From: Cyanobacteria bacterium auto_48_18
GTDB lineage: Bacteria > Cyanobacteriota > Vampirovibrionia > Obscuribacterales > Obscuribacteraceae
Length of the DNA stretch: 64,000 nucleotides
NCBI GenBank assembly: GCA_036170915.1
Contig: JAVHQC010000021.1
Location: 1-64,000, forward strand
Reading direction: 5' to 3'
In this document: positions 1-9,258 of the stretch, one piece after another
Numbering within the stretch: the first letter of the stretch is position 1
How the letters are laid out: every line of letters starts with the position of its first letter
Made by a program: the position numbers and the translations under genes
The notes under the pieces: generated by a model
Told to the model about the DNA's origin: nothing
Database searches by the model: none
Seen by the model: the letters and a program-made list of their open reading frames with translations, nothing else

Positions 1-159
1 TTTCTGCCTTGGAACAACGCCAAAAACCGCTAGACGTGCACGAGTGACTACTTACTTTTAATGCCACTGCTTACTACGCCAATTAGTATAACAGGGCAGT
101 TTAGTCAGCGACGCACATGCCGGGGTGTCCGGCGCCAACTAGAGCGTTTTGCGAAAACA

Positions 160-185
160 CACTCAAAACGTATACGTTCTAGTTT
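160..185. repeat. Palindromic REP-like repeat, degenerate copy
   Basis: CACTCAAAACGTATACGTTCTAGTTT; matches copies at 15933, 25682, 28453, 53295. Confidence 0.55.
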
Positions 186-257
186 CTAAACAACACAGGC
201 ACCCGCCAGACCCTTTGCAGTATTCTAGAGCTCCATTGAGATAAGCAGGTAGCAATC

Positions 258-1562
258 ATGTCCAGCGACACGCAAATTAGTTCGGCCCCGTTAAGCGGAA
301 TGCGCGACTTTGGCCCGGCCGAAGTCAGACTGCGAGATTGGGCCACGCACATTATCACCGCTACCTATGAACGCTTTGGTTTTACAAAGATAGAAACTCC
401 CTGTCTGGAAAATATTCAGCTCTTAAAACGCGGCGAAGGCGGCGAAAATTTGCAGTTAATTTTCGAAGTGCTCAAACGCGGTGACAAACTCGACAAGGTT
501 TTGCAGAACACGACGGCAAACCAAGATCAAATGCGCAACCAGCTAAGTGATATGGGTTTACGTTTTGACCTGACAGTGCCTCTGGTGCGTTTCTACTCGC
601 ATAATCAAAACACCTTGCCCAATCCATTCAAGTCGATTCAAATCGGCTCAGTATGGCGCGCAGAGAGCGCTCAGCAAGGAAGATTTAGACAGTTCACCCA
701 GTGCGACATTGATATGTTTGGAGTGAAAAACGAAATTGCCGAAATTGAGCTTTTGCAAGCCACGTCTGAAGCCCTGGTCAAGTTAGGCTTTGCTGGATTC
801 ACCATTGCCATCAACGATCGCCGCATGCTTTCTTCCATTGCCAAATATTGTGGCTTCGAAGAAAACCGTTTTGACAGCGTTTTCATTGCTCTCGACAAAC
901 TAGACAAAATCGGCCTTGATGGAGTGGCAAAAGATTTGGCAGGTGACGGACATCCCGAAGCGGCCGTTAGCGCGCTAAAAGACCTGATCACCAATCTAGC
1001 CAACAGCAAAGGCAATCAGCTTGAATTTCTGGCTGAGAAAATTTCTGCTGATGAAGAAGTTGTGAAACTGCTGAACAACATTGTTTCAGTGGTATCGAAA
1101 AGCGCCGGTGATAATTTCAAAGTCGAGTTTGAACCTTCTTTGGTGCGCGGCATGGGCTATTACACCGGTCCGATTTTCGAAATCAGGTATCCCGGATACA
1201 ACTATTCGATTGCTGGAGGGGGTCGCTACGACAAAATGGTGGGCAAGATGTGTGGCCGTGATGTTCCGGCCTGCGGATTTTCAATCGGATTCGAGCGCAT
1301 CATCGGCATTCTTTCAGACAAAAAATTTGTGCCACCACCAGCAGTGGAAAGAATGGCTCTCATTTTTGACGATAAACGAGATGATCTGGCTCTAGTAGCC
1401 ATTGCAGCCGCCAAGCTGAGAGAGCAGTATGCGGTTGTAACTCAGGCGAAGAAAAAAGACGTCAAAAAACAAATCGACGCTTTGCCGGCGCAAGAAATAA
1501 ACAAAATGTGCTTATTCAAGGGCGACATTAACGACCTGGTGATCAAAGACCTGGCCGAATAA
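258..1562 (+). CDS. hisS: Histidine--tRNA ligase
   Basis: SGMRDF, LRFDLTVP, GRFRQFTQCDID, LVRGMGYYTG, AGGGRYD, GFSIGFERI motifs. Confidence 0.95.
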   Translation: MSSDTQISSAPLSGMRDFGPAEVRLRDWATHIITATYERFGFTKIETPCLENIQLLKRGEGGENLQLIFEVLKRGDKLDKVLQNTTANQDQMRNQLSDMGLRFDLTVPLVRFYSHNQNTLPNPFKSIQIGSVWRAESAQQGRFRQFTQCDIDMFGVKNEIAEIELLQATSEALVKLGFAGFTIAINDRRMLSSIAKYCGFEENRFDSVFIALDKLDKIGLDGVAKDLAGDGHPEAAVSALKDLITNLANSKGNQLEFLAEKISADEEVVKLLNNIVSVVSKSAGDNFKVEFEPSLVRGMGYYTGPIFEIRYPGYNYSIAGGGRYDKMVGKMCGRDVPACGFSIGFERIIGILSDKKFVPPPAVERMALIFDDKRDDLALVAIAAAKLREQYAVVTQAKKKDVKKQIDALPAQEINKMCLFKGDINDLVIKDLAE

Positions 1563-1565
1563 GCT

Positions 1566-3416
1566 CTAGGCGTTGCTTGGGTCGAAGACAAAGAACTTGT
1601 CTTTGCTCGGCACATAACGGCCATTGTTTTTGTTGAATTGAGCGACGTGGTCGCTGGCTTCCATGATTCTGCCATTCTTCATGGCTAGAGTAGCTACGTG
1701 CCCACCCTGGTTAATGTTGCCAACGGAAGGATCCCACTGTCTTGTCACTGCAACGGCCTTGCCGTTTCTCATAGCTTCTTGAGCAGTCTGCCAGTCTACT
1801 TGTTTGAACTTGTCGCTATTCTGGAAGGCACGAGTCATTTGTACACCATCACCAGAACCAACTAGTTCAGGAGCGATATTTGCCCAAGATTTCTGGAATT
1901 CACGGGCGCACCAGCCAAACGTGCCTACATCGGCGGCGCGGCTGAAAGCACGGTTGACGATTTTGGCGTCAAGCGAAGTGCCGTCCATACTGACTTTGTA
2001 GTCTAAGCGGTCATTCTCGCCCATACCGTGGCGCAAATTAGACAATTGAGCCAGACGATCGCCGCCCTTGATATATTCCTGATTGCCTTTGTCGGCCAGT
2101 TCAGTAGCGGTGAATTGGTCAGGCGACTTGCCCAAATGGAAACCGAGAGCAGTTTTGCCTGCGCTGTCGCCACCGGCCTTGTTGTACTTATCCACCATGG
2201 TCATCGCAATCTGCTCTTGCATTTCTTTAGGCAGATTGTCTTTGACATCGGCAGCGGTCATGCCTTTGCCTTCTTTCATCTGGTTGGTAAACTTGAGGAA
2301 TTTACCGACAGCTTCTTTATTGAAAGAACCGTCTTTGTTTTTGAATTTGGCGAAGCCCTTGGGCAATTTGCCTTTTTTGTCGAGAGTCATAAGCATGGCC
2401 ATGAAGCCTTCTTCGTCCATCTCGCCGATATCGAAGCCGCCCAGATCTTGGAAGTACTCTCGCATCACAGGGTAGTTAATACCGTACCGGCCAACTTCGT
2501 GACCAACACTTGGTCTTGTGCGCACGGTCTCGTAAGGCGCTGCTTTGTCTGGGTTGAACATGGCGGCAACAGCATTCTTGCTGTCTTGCACGCGATCGGT
2601 TTCGCCAGGCAATGTCGGTACATCACGCTGAGGGAAATTACTGTCGACTTGCGAGCGGGCCATGCTGCCCTGTGATCCTGGAGTGAAGCGGTTCATGTTG
2701 GACATGGCGCGCTGACTTTCAGGTGAAAAATCGCGTCGTGAATCTGCAGTGCTGGGTTCTATGCCAGGGTCGCCATTGGTGGCAAGCTTTTTCACCAGGT
2801 TTTCTGAGATCAAGCCGAATTCATCATTGAGCCTGAGGCCAGTGCTGGCCAGGGTTGGATCGTTGCTCATGCGGTTGTAGACATAATCTACGACCTTATC
2901 TATAGAAGTCTTTTGCAGAGCGTTAGGATCGCTGGTGTCACCAGGAGTGCGTTCTACTTGAACAACAACGTTTTTCTTTTGCATCGCTTCAAAGTCACCG
3001 GTGGCTTCGATGCGGCCATCTTTTCTGATGATGAAATCAGGTGCCTTAGCTGGATCGTTGGCAGCAACGTCAGCATAAGTAACAGTAACTTGACCCTGGG
3101 CGCCCGGCTTGGCTAATTCTGGAGTGCGAGGCACCTCGACACTAGACTGGCGAATGGCGCCGTCTGAAATTAATTGCGAAACAGATTTTGACTTGTCGAA
3201 AGGTGCAGCCTCATAAACTGGTGCAGTGGCAGCGGCTGTGGGCGTATTGACTATCTGAACGTCGCCGGGGCTAGACAATGGTACTGTGAACGCCGTGCGT
3301 ACAGAGTTGCCTTCAAGCGACATCTTGGTGCCGGCATCTTGCGCCACTTGAGCGGTGCTGCTGTCGGTTACCCTGCCTACACTAGTGTCTGCTACTTTCG
3401 CGTCTCCAGCTGCCAT
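1566..3416 (-). CDS. Multidomain putative peptidoglycan hydrolase (degenerate amidase_2-like + lysozyme-like + CHAP/NlpC-like)
   Basis: 616 aa; DFIIRKDGRI...Q..SIDKVV (amidase-like), VGRYGIN (lysozyme-like), GWCA...GHV...SDH (Cys-His peptidase-like). Confidence 0.55.
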   Translation of the reverse strand: MAAGDAKVADTSVGRVTDSSTAQVAQDAGTKMSLEGNSVRTAFTVPLSSPGDVQIVNTPTAAATAPVYEAAPFDKSKSVSQLISDGAIRQSSVEVPRTPELAKPGAQGQVTVTYADVAANDPAKAPDFIIRKDGRIEATGDFEAMQKKNVVVQVERTPGDTSDPNALQKTSIDKVVDYVYNRMSNDPTLASTGLRLNDEFGLISENLVKKLATNGDPGIEPSTADSRRDFSPESQRAMSNMNRFTPGSQGSMARSQVDSNFPQRDVPTLPGETDRVQDSKNAVAAMFNPDKAAPYETVRTRPSVGHEVGRYGINYPVMREYFQDLGGFDIGEMDEEGFMAMLMTLDKKGKLPKGFAKFKNKDGSFNKEAVGKFLKFTNQMKEGKGMTAADVKDNLPKEMQEQIAMTMVDKYNKAGGDSAGKTALGFHLGKSPDQFTATELADKGNQEYIKGGDRLAQLSNLRHGMGENDRLDYKVSMDGTSLDAKIVNRAFSRAADVGTFGWCAREFQKSWANIAPELVGSGDGVQMTRAFQNSDKFKQVDWQTAQEAMRNGKAVAVTRQWDPSVGNINQGGHVATLAMKNGRIMEASDHVAQFNKNNGRYVPSKDKFFVFDPSNA

Positions 3417-3582
3417 TTTTGCTCTCCACTTCGCGTCCGACTGATGTTCAGGTCACACTTTTCGACTTATTTCATGGATTCTAAGCGAGATTGTGGCGAC
3501 TGTTAATACGTACTTTTACGTGTTCTTACGCCCCATTCCCCAAAAAAGCATTAATTTCCCACCAATCTGCCACAATTTGACC

Positions 3583-4662
3583 ATGCCGATACAAACCATT
3601 AAATCAAAACTCGAGGCCGGTGGGCGAATTACTCGCAATGAGGCGGAATGGTTGTGGCAAAACGCTGCCGACAATGATTTGATTACTCTGGCAAACATTG
3701 TTCGTGGCCGCTTTCACAAAGAAAATCAAGCCACTTATTTGCTCATGCGCATCATTAACTACACCAATATTTGTGTAGCAAAATGCGACTATTGCTCGTT
3801 TTATCGCTTGCCGCGCGACAAAGACGGGTACGTGCGCGACAATCAGTGGATATTTTCAAAGATCGACGAACTTTCGGCAGTGGGCGGCGATTTGTTTGCC
3901 TTCAACGGCGGCTTCAATCCGCAGTTAAAAATCGAATATTACGAAGAGCTATTTACCGCCATTCGCAAAAAATATGGCGATACCATTGAGTTTTACGCCA
4001 TGACTGTGGTCGAGCTTCTGTACGTAGCGCGGCTTAGCAAGCTATCTACTCCTGAGGCACTGGCGCGGCTCAAGGCCGCCGGTGTGCGCTGGATAACAGG
4101 GGGAGGAGCGGAAATATTAGCTGACCCGTTCCGCCTGAGACACAGCCCGCAGAAATACACGGTGGCGGAATATATGGAAACTCAAGGCGACATTCTTGAC
4201 GCCGGCCTGCACACCACCGCTACCATGGTCATTGGTTTCGACGAAAGCTTAGCGGAAAGGCTTGATCACCTCGATACAGTGCGAGATTTCCAAGACGGAC
4301 GGCTCAAGAGCGGCAAAGAAGGTCTATTCAGTTTTCTCTGCTGGACTTACAAACCATACAATAATGAACTGGGCGGTAAAGAAATTCAATCGAGCGAATA
4401 TCTGCGCCACCTGGCTCTCTGCCGCATTTATCTCGACAATATAAAACATCTTCGTACCTCGGTTTTGACCCAAAACGAGGCCGCACTGCAAGGCTTGCGC
4501 TATGGTGCCGACGACTTTGATATTCCCTGGGAAGACGAAGTTACACAAATGGCTGGTGCCGTTGTAGAACAAGATGTAGAGCGCGTTTTAGGCTACGCAC
4601 ATGCGGCCGGATTCAGCACCGCGTATCGTCACGTAGCAAGCAATTCACTCGCTAGGGTCTAG
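3583..4662 (+). CDS. mqnC: Radical SAM CofH/MqnC family, likely cyclic dehypoxanthine futalosine synthase
   Basis: INYTNICVAKCDYCSFYR (CxxxCxxC), GGGAEIL, TTATMVIG, ALRYGADD-like; start moved to ATG 3583. Confidence 0.8.
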   Translation: MPIQTIKSKLEAGGRITRNEAEWLWQNAADNDLITLANIVRGRFHKENQATYLLMRIINYTNICVAKCDYCSFYRLPRDKDGYVRDNQWIFSKIDELSAVGGDLFAFNGGFNPQLKIEYYEELFTAIRKKYGDTIEFYAMTVVELLYVARLSKLSTPEALARLKAAGVRWITGGGAEILADPFRLRHSPQKYTVAEYMETQGDILDAGLHTTATMVIGFDESLAERLDHLDTVRDFQDGRLKSGKEGLFSFLCWTYKPYNNELGGKEIQSSEYLRHLALCRIYLDNIKHLRTSVLTQNEAALQGLRYGADDFDIPWEDEVTQMAGAVVEQDVERVLGYAHAAGFSTAYRHVASNSLARV

Positions 4663-5116
4663 GAAAGCCTGACCCACTCTGACTGTGCGCTGCGTCAAAA
4701 TTATTTAGCCCCAAGGCATTCTCTTTTACGACTTCATTAGCGTTTATGTATTGCGCGAGAACCGTGCGCAGCTCTTCTTTTTCGTACGGCTTGACAAAAT
4801 AAGCGTCCATCCCCACTTCACGGGCCTGATCGCGAGCACTCTGCTCGGTGCGTCCTGTAAGCGCAATAATGGGTGTGTGCACATTGGTGCCTGCTTCCAT
4901 TTGTCTAATTTGCTTGGCACAAACAAAACCACTAAATCCGGGCAATGTCAGATCCATCAGTACCGCAGCAAAAGTTTCTTCACCACTTTCAAAAAATGCA
5001 AGTGCTTCTTCGGCTGAATTGGCTATCACTGCCCGATACCCGAATTTTTGCAGAAGATGTCTGAGCACAAATTGTTCGGTAAGACTGTCTTCTACTACAA
5101 GTATGGTTGTAACCAT
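4652..5116 (-). CDS. Single-domain response regulator (receiver)
   Basis: ILVVEDS, VLMDLTLPGFSG, PIIALTG, GMDAYFVKP; start moved to ATG 5116. Confidence 0.9.
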   Translation of the reverse strand: MVTTILVVEDSLTEQFVLRHLLQKFGYRAVIANSAEEALAFFESGEETFAAVLMDLTLPGFSGFVCAKQIRQMEAGTNVHTPIIALTGRTEQSARDQAREVGMDAYFVKPYEKEELRTVLAQYINANEVVKENALGLNNFDAAHSQSGSGFPRP

Positions 5117-5603
5117 GATATTCACTCTTATTAGGGCTTCCAGGTTCACACAGACTGTGTTTAACCGCATTAAGTTCCTTGTAAAACAGCAACGTAAAGA
5201 GGGTGTTAGGCCCTGTGCGACTTCGTCTACGTGCAAATGACTATGCCGAATCTTCCAATAAATTTGCTAAGCCGCGCTAGCGGCGCCGATGCGAACCCAT
5301 CGATTTAATGTCGGCAACCAGTTTTATCGATTCAAACCTGCCAGCGCGAGTTCACTCTAAAAAATGCCAACTTGCTGATACGTAAGAGCGCTAAGTAGCG
5401 CCAGATCAAGATTTTCTATTGCCCAAGCGTGAGATATCAATTTCGATCTTATTTGTTCTCTTGGCATCAAATGATACGGTTAGAGCATCTCAATTTCACC
5501 CAAATCTTCTTCTGGTTTAAAAACACCTCTAAAACGGCAATTACGCCTATTTCAGCTAAACCACAGAGCGACATTCGCTTTGGGCTTCGCGCTGGAGAAA
5601 ACT

Positions 5604-6041
5604 ATGAACAGAAAAGGCTATATCACTGTCTCTCAAAGGCGCAGGCGTTTGATCGAAAATGGCGAAATAGCAGCGGTTCTCGAGGGTGGCGTAGCTCTGG
5701 TAAACAAAGGCGGACTGGCCGAAGTTTACGAAGGTGCCATCGCGCACATCTACAAGGGCGGCAGCGCTCATCTCTACGCCGGCGGTGTAGCCTATGTACA
5801 CAAAGGCGGACGGGCACTAGTCTTCGCTGGCGGAATGGCCTTCGTCAATGGTGGTGGCATAGCGCTGGTCTACGACGGTGGCACAACTCTGGTGCGCGCC
5901 GGCGGCTTAGCTTACTCACTGGCCGGCAGTTCGGTGGTAGTGGAAAAGGGCGGCCAGACCGACGTGTACGCAGGCGGCACAGCCATTGTTCAGAGCGGTG
6001 GCACGGCCATCAGGCACAAGGGCGGCAAAGTACTAAGTTAG
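5604..6041 (+). CDS. Octapeptide-repeat (xxGGxAxV) beta-solenoid protein 1
   Basis: About 16 tandem 8-aa repeats (YKGGSAHL YAGGVAYV HKGGRALV...); GGAG SD before ATG 5604. Confidence 0.8.
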   Translation: MNRKGYITVSQRRRRLIENGEIAAVLEGGVALVNKGGLAEVYEGAIAHIYKGGSAHLYAGGVAYVHKGGRALVFAGGMAFVNGGGIALVYDGGTTLVRAGGLAYSLAGSSVVVEKGGQTDVYAGGTAIVQSGGTAIRHKGGKVLS

Positions 6042-6047
6042 GACTCT

Positions 6048-7205
6048 ATGATCAAATATGTTTTCACTCGCACCACATTTCTAACGCTCAGCCTGGCCGT
6101 AACAGCAGTTCTCGCTCTGACTGGAGCAGCGCCGGCTTATGCCCAAACAGGCACCCTCGTAGTCACCATATACGATGGCACGCGCAAGCCGCTGCCGGCA
6201 GCTTCTGTGCTGATTCGAATCTTCGACGGCAACCAGAAGGAGCTTGTATCTGGCTTTTACAAAGGCCAGGCAGTACGATTCGAAGGTCTTCCAGTGCGCG
6301 ATAACTTCAGCGACTGGCTGCGAGTAGTTGCATCGGCCAAAGGCTACAATACGGCAGGCGTTGTAGCCATCAAGCTCTCGGCCGGCAAGACCGCAAAAGC
6401 GTCAATCATGCTCTTGCCGAAAGACGGTCAATTTGTTTTCGAGCCCTGGTCGCACTTGCGTCAAAATTACAGTCAGCTGGCCGACCTTCTCGCTCATGGT
6501 GCCGACGGCAACGACGAGGCGCAGAGCCGTTATGACCAGCTAATTGCCGATGACCCGGCGGCGATGGCAGCGGTGCTGAACATCACCACAGCCGGCAATC
6601 AGATTGAGTTAGGTGGGCGCAAATTTACCTCTTACTTCAAAGAACTGATCTGGCAAGAGCAGCGACTTGAGTGGCGCATGCACCGGATGGTCGATTTCAA
6701 TCCGGCCAACGATTCGGAGCACGCCATGCGCCACGACCGCTTCTGGGCCTGGGCCGATCGCAGCCTGGTCTCGCAGGTAAGGCAGAGTGTCAAGCAAGGC
6801 CGACTATTCAACGAACTGGGCTATCAGTATTTCCACCCTCTCGCCACCAGCAGCTTCAAAGAAAGGGCAATGAGCGAAGGTCACATCCACGTCAGCTTTT
6901 ACGAGAAAAGCACGCGAAAAATCGATGGCGTCGAATGCGTGCTTCTTGAAATACACCTGGATCTCTACCAGGATCTTCTGGCTCACGGACTCCTGGAAGT
7001 GTTACCAAATACCACCACAGGCAGTGTCACAGAACCGGAAGACGCCTATCAGCTGCGCTGGATTGCCAGCCGTCATGCTGGGGCTGCTGATTTTGCACCG
7101 CCTTTTGTGATTGCACAATTAATCAGGAGCAACAAGAGCAACAGGAAAGGTGAGCAGCATTTTCAGCACAAAGCGAGAATGCTCAAATCACCAAACCACG
7201 AGTGA
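6048..7205 (+). CDS. Secreted protein with N-terminal carboxypeptidase-regulatory-like beta-sandwich
   Basis: Signal peptide ending AYA; GTLVVTIYDGTRKPLPAASV...VVASAKGY pattern; C-terminal domain unknown. Confidence 0.7.
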   Translation: MIKYVFTRTTFLTLSLAVTAVLALTGAAPAYAQTGTLVVTIYDGTRKPLPAASVLIRIFDGNQKELVSGFYKGQAVRFEGLPVRDNFSDWLRVVASAKGYNTAGVVAIKLSAGKTAKASIMLLPKDGQFVFEPWSHLRQNYSQLADLLAHGADGNDEAQSRYDQLIADDPAAMAAVLNITTAGNQIELGGRKFTSYFKELIWQEQRLEWRMHRMVDFNPANDSEHAMRHDRFWAWADRSLVSQVRQSVKQGRLFNELGYQYFHPLATSSFKERAMSEGHIHVSFYEKSTRKIDGVECVLLEIHLDLYQDLLAHGLLEVLPNTTTGSVTEPEDAYQLRWIASRHAGAADFAPPFVIAQLIRSNKSNRKGEQHFQHKARMLKSPNHE

Positions 7206-7264
7206 TCGTGGTTCAACCTCAACAATTTAACAGCGCTCTTCTTTAGCGCTTTGCGAGATAAGTT

Positions 7265-7768
7265 ATGACATTCGAAGAAGTTGGTGCAGGCCACTCTGCA
7301 CTGGCGCAAAAACATTGCACGGTAAATGTAAACCGCGGCGGCAAGGTTCTGGTTGAAGCTGGCGGTCACGCTATGGTCAATGCCGGCGGATTCGCCGAAG
7401 TACTCCAAGGTGGCATTGCCGAGGTCTTAGCTGGCGGCAATGCCCGCGTCAATGGCGGCATCGCAATCGTTTACGAAAACGGTGTAGCCTCTACCGCCGA
7501 TGGCCTTATCATTGTGCGTAAAGGTGGCATAGCCACAGTGACGTACAAGGGCAGAGCTACCGTAGACGATGGCGCCTTTGCATACGTTTCACGCGGTGGC
7601 ACGGTAGAAGTGCGAGCCGGTGGAGAGGCGGTTCTCTACTCCGGCGGTCAGGCACACGTGGCTGCTCAGGGCAAAGTCACTGTGTATAAAGGCGGCAGGG
7701 CCCTCGGGAGGATGGGCATCATCGCCGACGTTAAAGAAGGTGGTTGGCTGAGAATGGGATATTACTAG
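7265..7768 (+). CDS. Octapeptide-repeat beta-solenoid protein 2
   Basis: About 20 repeats (NRGGKVLV EAGGHAMV NAGGFAEV...). Confidence 0.8.
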   Translation: MTFEEVGAGHSALAQKHCTVNVNRGGKVLVEAGGHAMVNAGGFAEVLQGGIAEVLAGGNARVNGGIAIVYENGVASTADGLIIVRKGGIATVTYKGRATVDDGAFAYVSRGGTVEVRAGGEAVLYSGGQAHVAAQGKVTVYKGGRALGRMGIIADVKEGGWLRMGYY

Positions 7769-7827
7769 GCTCGTGATTTTCTTAATTTCTAAAATCTGAA
7801 TCTGCATCGCAGTTAGTGAGGACAATC

Positions 7828-8019
7828 ATGAAAATCGCTGAACTCAACATCAACGGCACCGTCTACCTCTGCGTCGTCACTGCATACGAGAAGACACGCA
7901 TTGAAGCGGGGCATTTCGTCAACATTCCAGTCAGTCGCCGCGTGGCCAAGCGCCCCGGCATTCCGCTGGCAATTCAGCTCAGCAATGCCGGTCTGGCAGC
8001 GCCACCAGTAGTTTTCTAA
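7828..8019 (+). CDS. Small hypothetical protein (63 aa)
   Basis: GAGG SD before ATG 7828; codon style matches neighbours. Confidence 0.55.
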   Translation: MKIAELNINGTVYLCVVTAYEKTRIEAGHFVNIPVSRRVAKRPGIPLAIQLSNAGLAAPPVVF

Positions 8020-8087
8020 AAGAAAGCGAACGCAGCCAACACAAATTCCAAAACACAAACGAAAACACAGATTCGAAAGTCAAAATC

Positions 8088-8744
8088 ATGACCGCAAATC
8101 AACAGGGTCAGGCTGGGCAGACGGTACGTTTCATCTATTTTGAGGGAGCGGTGATCGGTGAGGGAGAAGTCGCACAGGTTTACTCCGGCGTAACGGTGCG
8201 GGTAGTCAGCGGGGGCGTAGCACACATTTATCACGGCAAGGCGGAAGTATACCCGGGCGGCCTGGCGATGGTGTACGAACGAGGCGAAGCGAACGTCTAC
8301 GTCAGGGGCGAAGCACATATTTTCAAGGAAGGTCGCTGCGAAGTGTTCGGCGGCACAGCCAAAGTTTTCGCTGGTGGTGCCGCCATTGTTTATCACGGCG
8401 GCACAGCGCACGTCGGCGATTCAAATCAGGTGCAAGAGAGCGGTGAGACCAAAGTCAACCTCAAGCTCACCCGCCACCATGGTGGCATCGTAGTGGTGAA
8501 ACAGGGCGGTACCGCTCATGTGTACAAAGACGGTTCTGCTTTTGTCAAAGAGGGTGGCTGCGCCAACGCCCTTCACTGTGGCACAGTTCATGTCTTCAGA
8601 GGGGGTCTTGCCAATGTACGCGCAGGCGGCAAGGCATTCGTAGAAGACGGCGGGATGGCCGTTGTAGATGACTGCGGCCGGGCATTTGTACGGCCCGGAG
8701 GCGTTGCCTTCGCCTACGAGGGCGGCATAGTAAGGTTCCGTTGA
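8088..8744 (+). CDS. Octapeptide-repeat beta-solenoid protein 3
   Basis: About 22 repeats in two runs split by a ~20 aa insert (YPGGLAMV, FAGGAAIV, KQGGTAHV...). Confidence 0.8.
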   Translation: MTANQQGQAGQTVRFIYFEGAVIGEGEVAQVYSGVTVRVVSGGVAHIYHGKAEVYPGGLAMVYERGEANVYVRGEAHIFKEGRCEVFGGTAKVFAGGAAIVYHGGTAHVGDSNQVQESGETKVNLKLTRHHGGIVVVKQGGTAHVYKDGSAFVKEGGCANALHCGTVHVFRGGLANVRAGGKAFVEDGGMAVVDDCGRAFVRPGGVAFAYEGGIVRFR

Positions 8745-8756
8745 AAGCACGCTTGT

Positions 8757-8990
8757 ATGGTTTCGATTAACACTCTGGCAAACGTGTTTGCCGTAGCAGT
8801 TCTCACGGCGCTCTCGTTCGTGCTTTACAGTTTCGCCGGTTTCGATGCGGCTCTTTGCACCAACCTGGGAGCAGTATTCGTGTGCATCGCCATGAAATCG
8901 CGTCGCAATGGCGAAAGTACTGCAGCCCTCGGCTTCTTCTTCTTGGCCGGGCTGGAGGCGGTAATGCTGCTGGCCATGGCCCTGCAGTGA
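8757..8990 (+). CDS. Small membrane protein (about 3 TM)
   Basis: 77 aa, mostly hydrophobic, 12 nt after the previous stop. Confidence 0.65.
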   Translation: MVSINTLANVFAVAVLTALSFVLYSFAGFDAALCTNLGAVFVCIAMKSRRNGESTAALGFFFLAGLEAVMLLAMALQ

Positions 8991-9133
8991 CACGTTAACG
9001 AACATCAATCAAGTACATCGTCGATATCAGCACTGGAGGAGGGAGGTCTATTCGACTCCCTTCTCAAACAGGTATTACATATGGTGCGATTTTTAAACCA
9101 CCAGTCTAACTATATGACAGCATAGAAAAGACC

Positions 9134-9190
9134 AAAAAATTTGGAGCGTGGATGACTGTCATAAAGACAATCATCCACGTCCAAAAATTT
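9134..9190 (-). terminator. Intrinsic terminator of the MBL/beta-CASP gene
   Basis: Long stem TTTGGAGCGTGGATGA...TCATCCACGTCCAAA with A6 at 9134-9139. Confidence 0.75.
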
Positions 9191-9206
9191 AGTCGTTAGA
9201 CTATTG

Positions 9207-9258
9207 GGTTCTTAGAGTCGGTTCTTAGAGTCGGTTCTTCGAGCCGGCTCTTAGAGTT
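9207..9258. repeat. 4 x 13 bp tandem repeat (GGTTCTTAGAGTC)
   Basis: Units at 9207, 9220, 9233, 9246; the last overlaps the stop codon. Confidence 0.9.

Noticed and set aside
1..33. 3' end of an upstream CDS (FLPWNNAKNR*)
   Set aside because: Too short to support or identify
5429..6304. 291 aa Arg-rich ORF
   Set aside because: Alternative frame of the GGC-rich repeat gene
5604..8744. Diversity-generating retroelement or DNA-level cassette repeats
   Set aside because: The repeats are degenerate at DNA level; no TR/VR pair or reverse transcriptase
9104..9201. attC-like pair GTCTAAC...GTTAGAC around a hairpin
   Set aside because: The hairpin is about 20 nt off-centre, there are no L boxes or integron integrase, and the other block ends lack the pair
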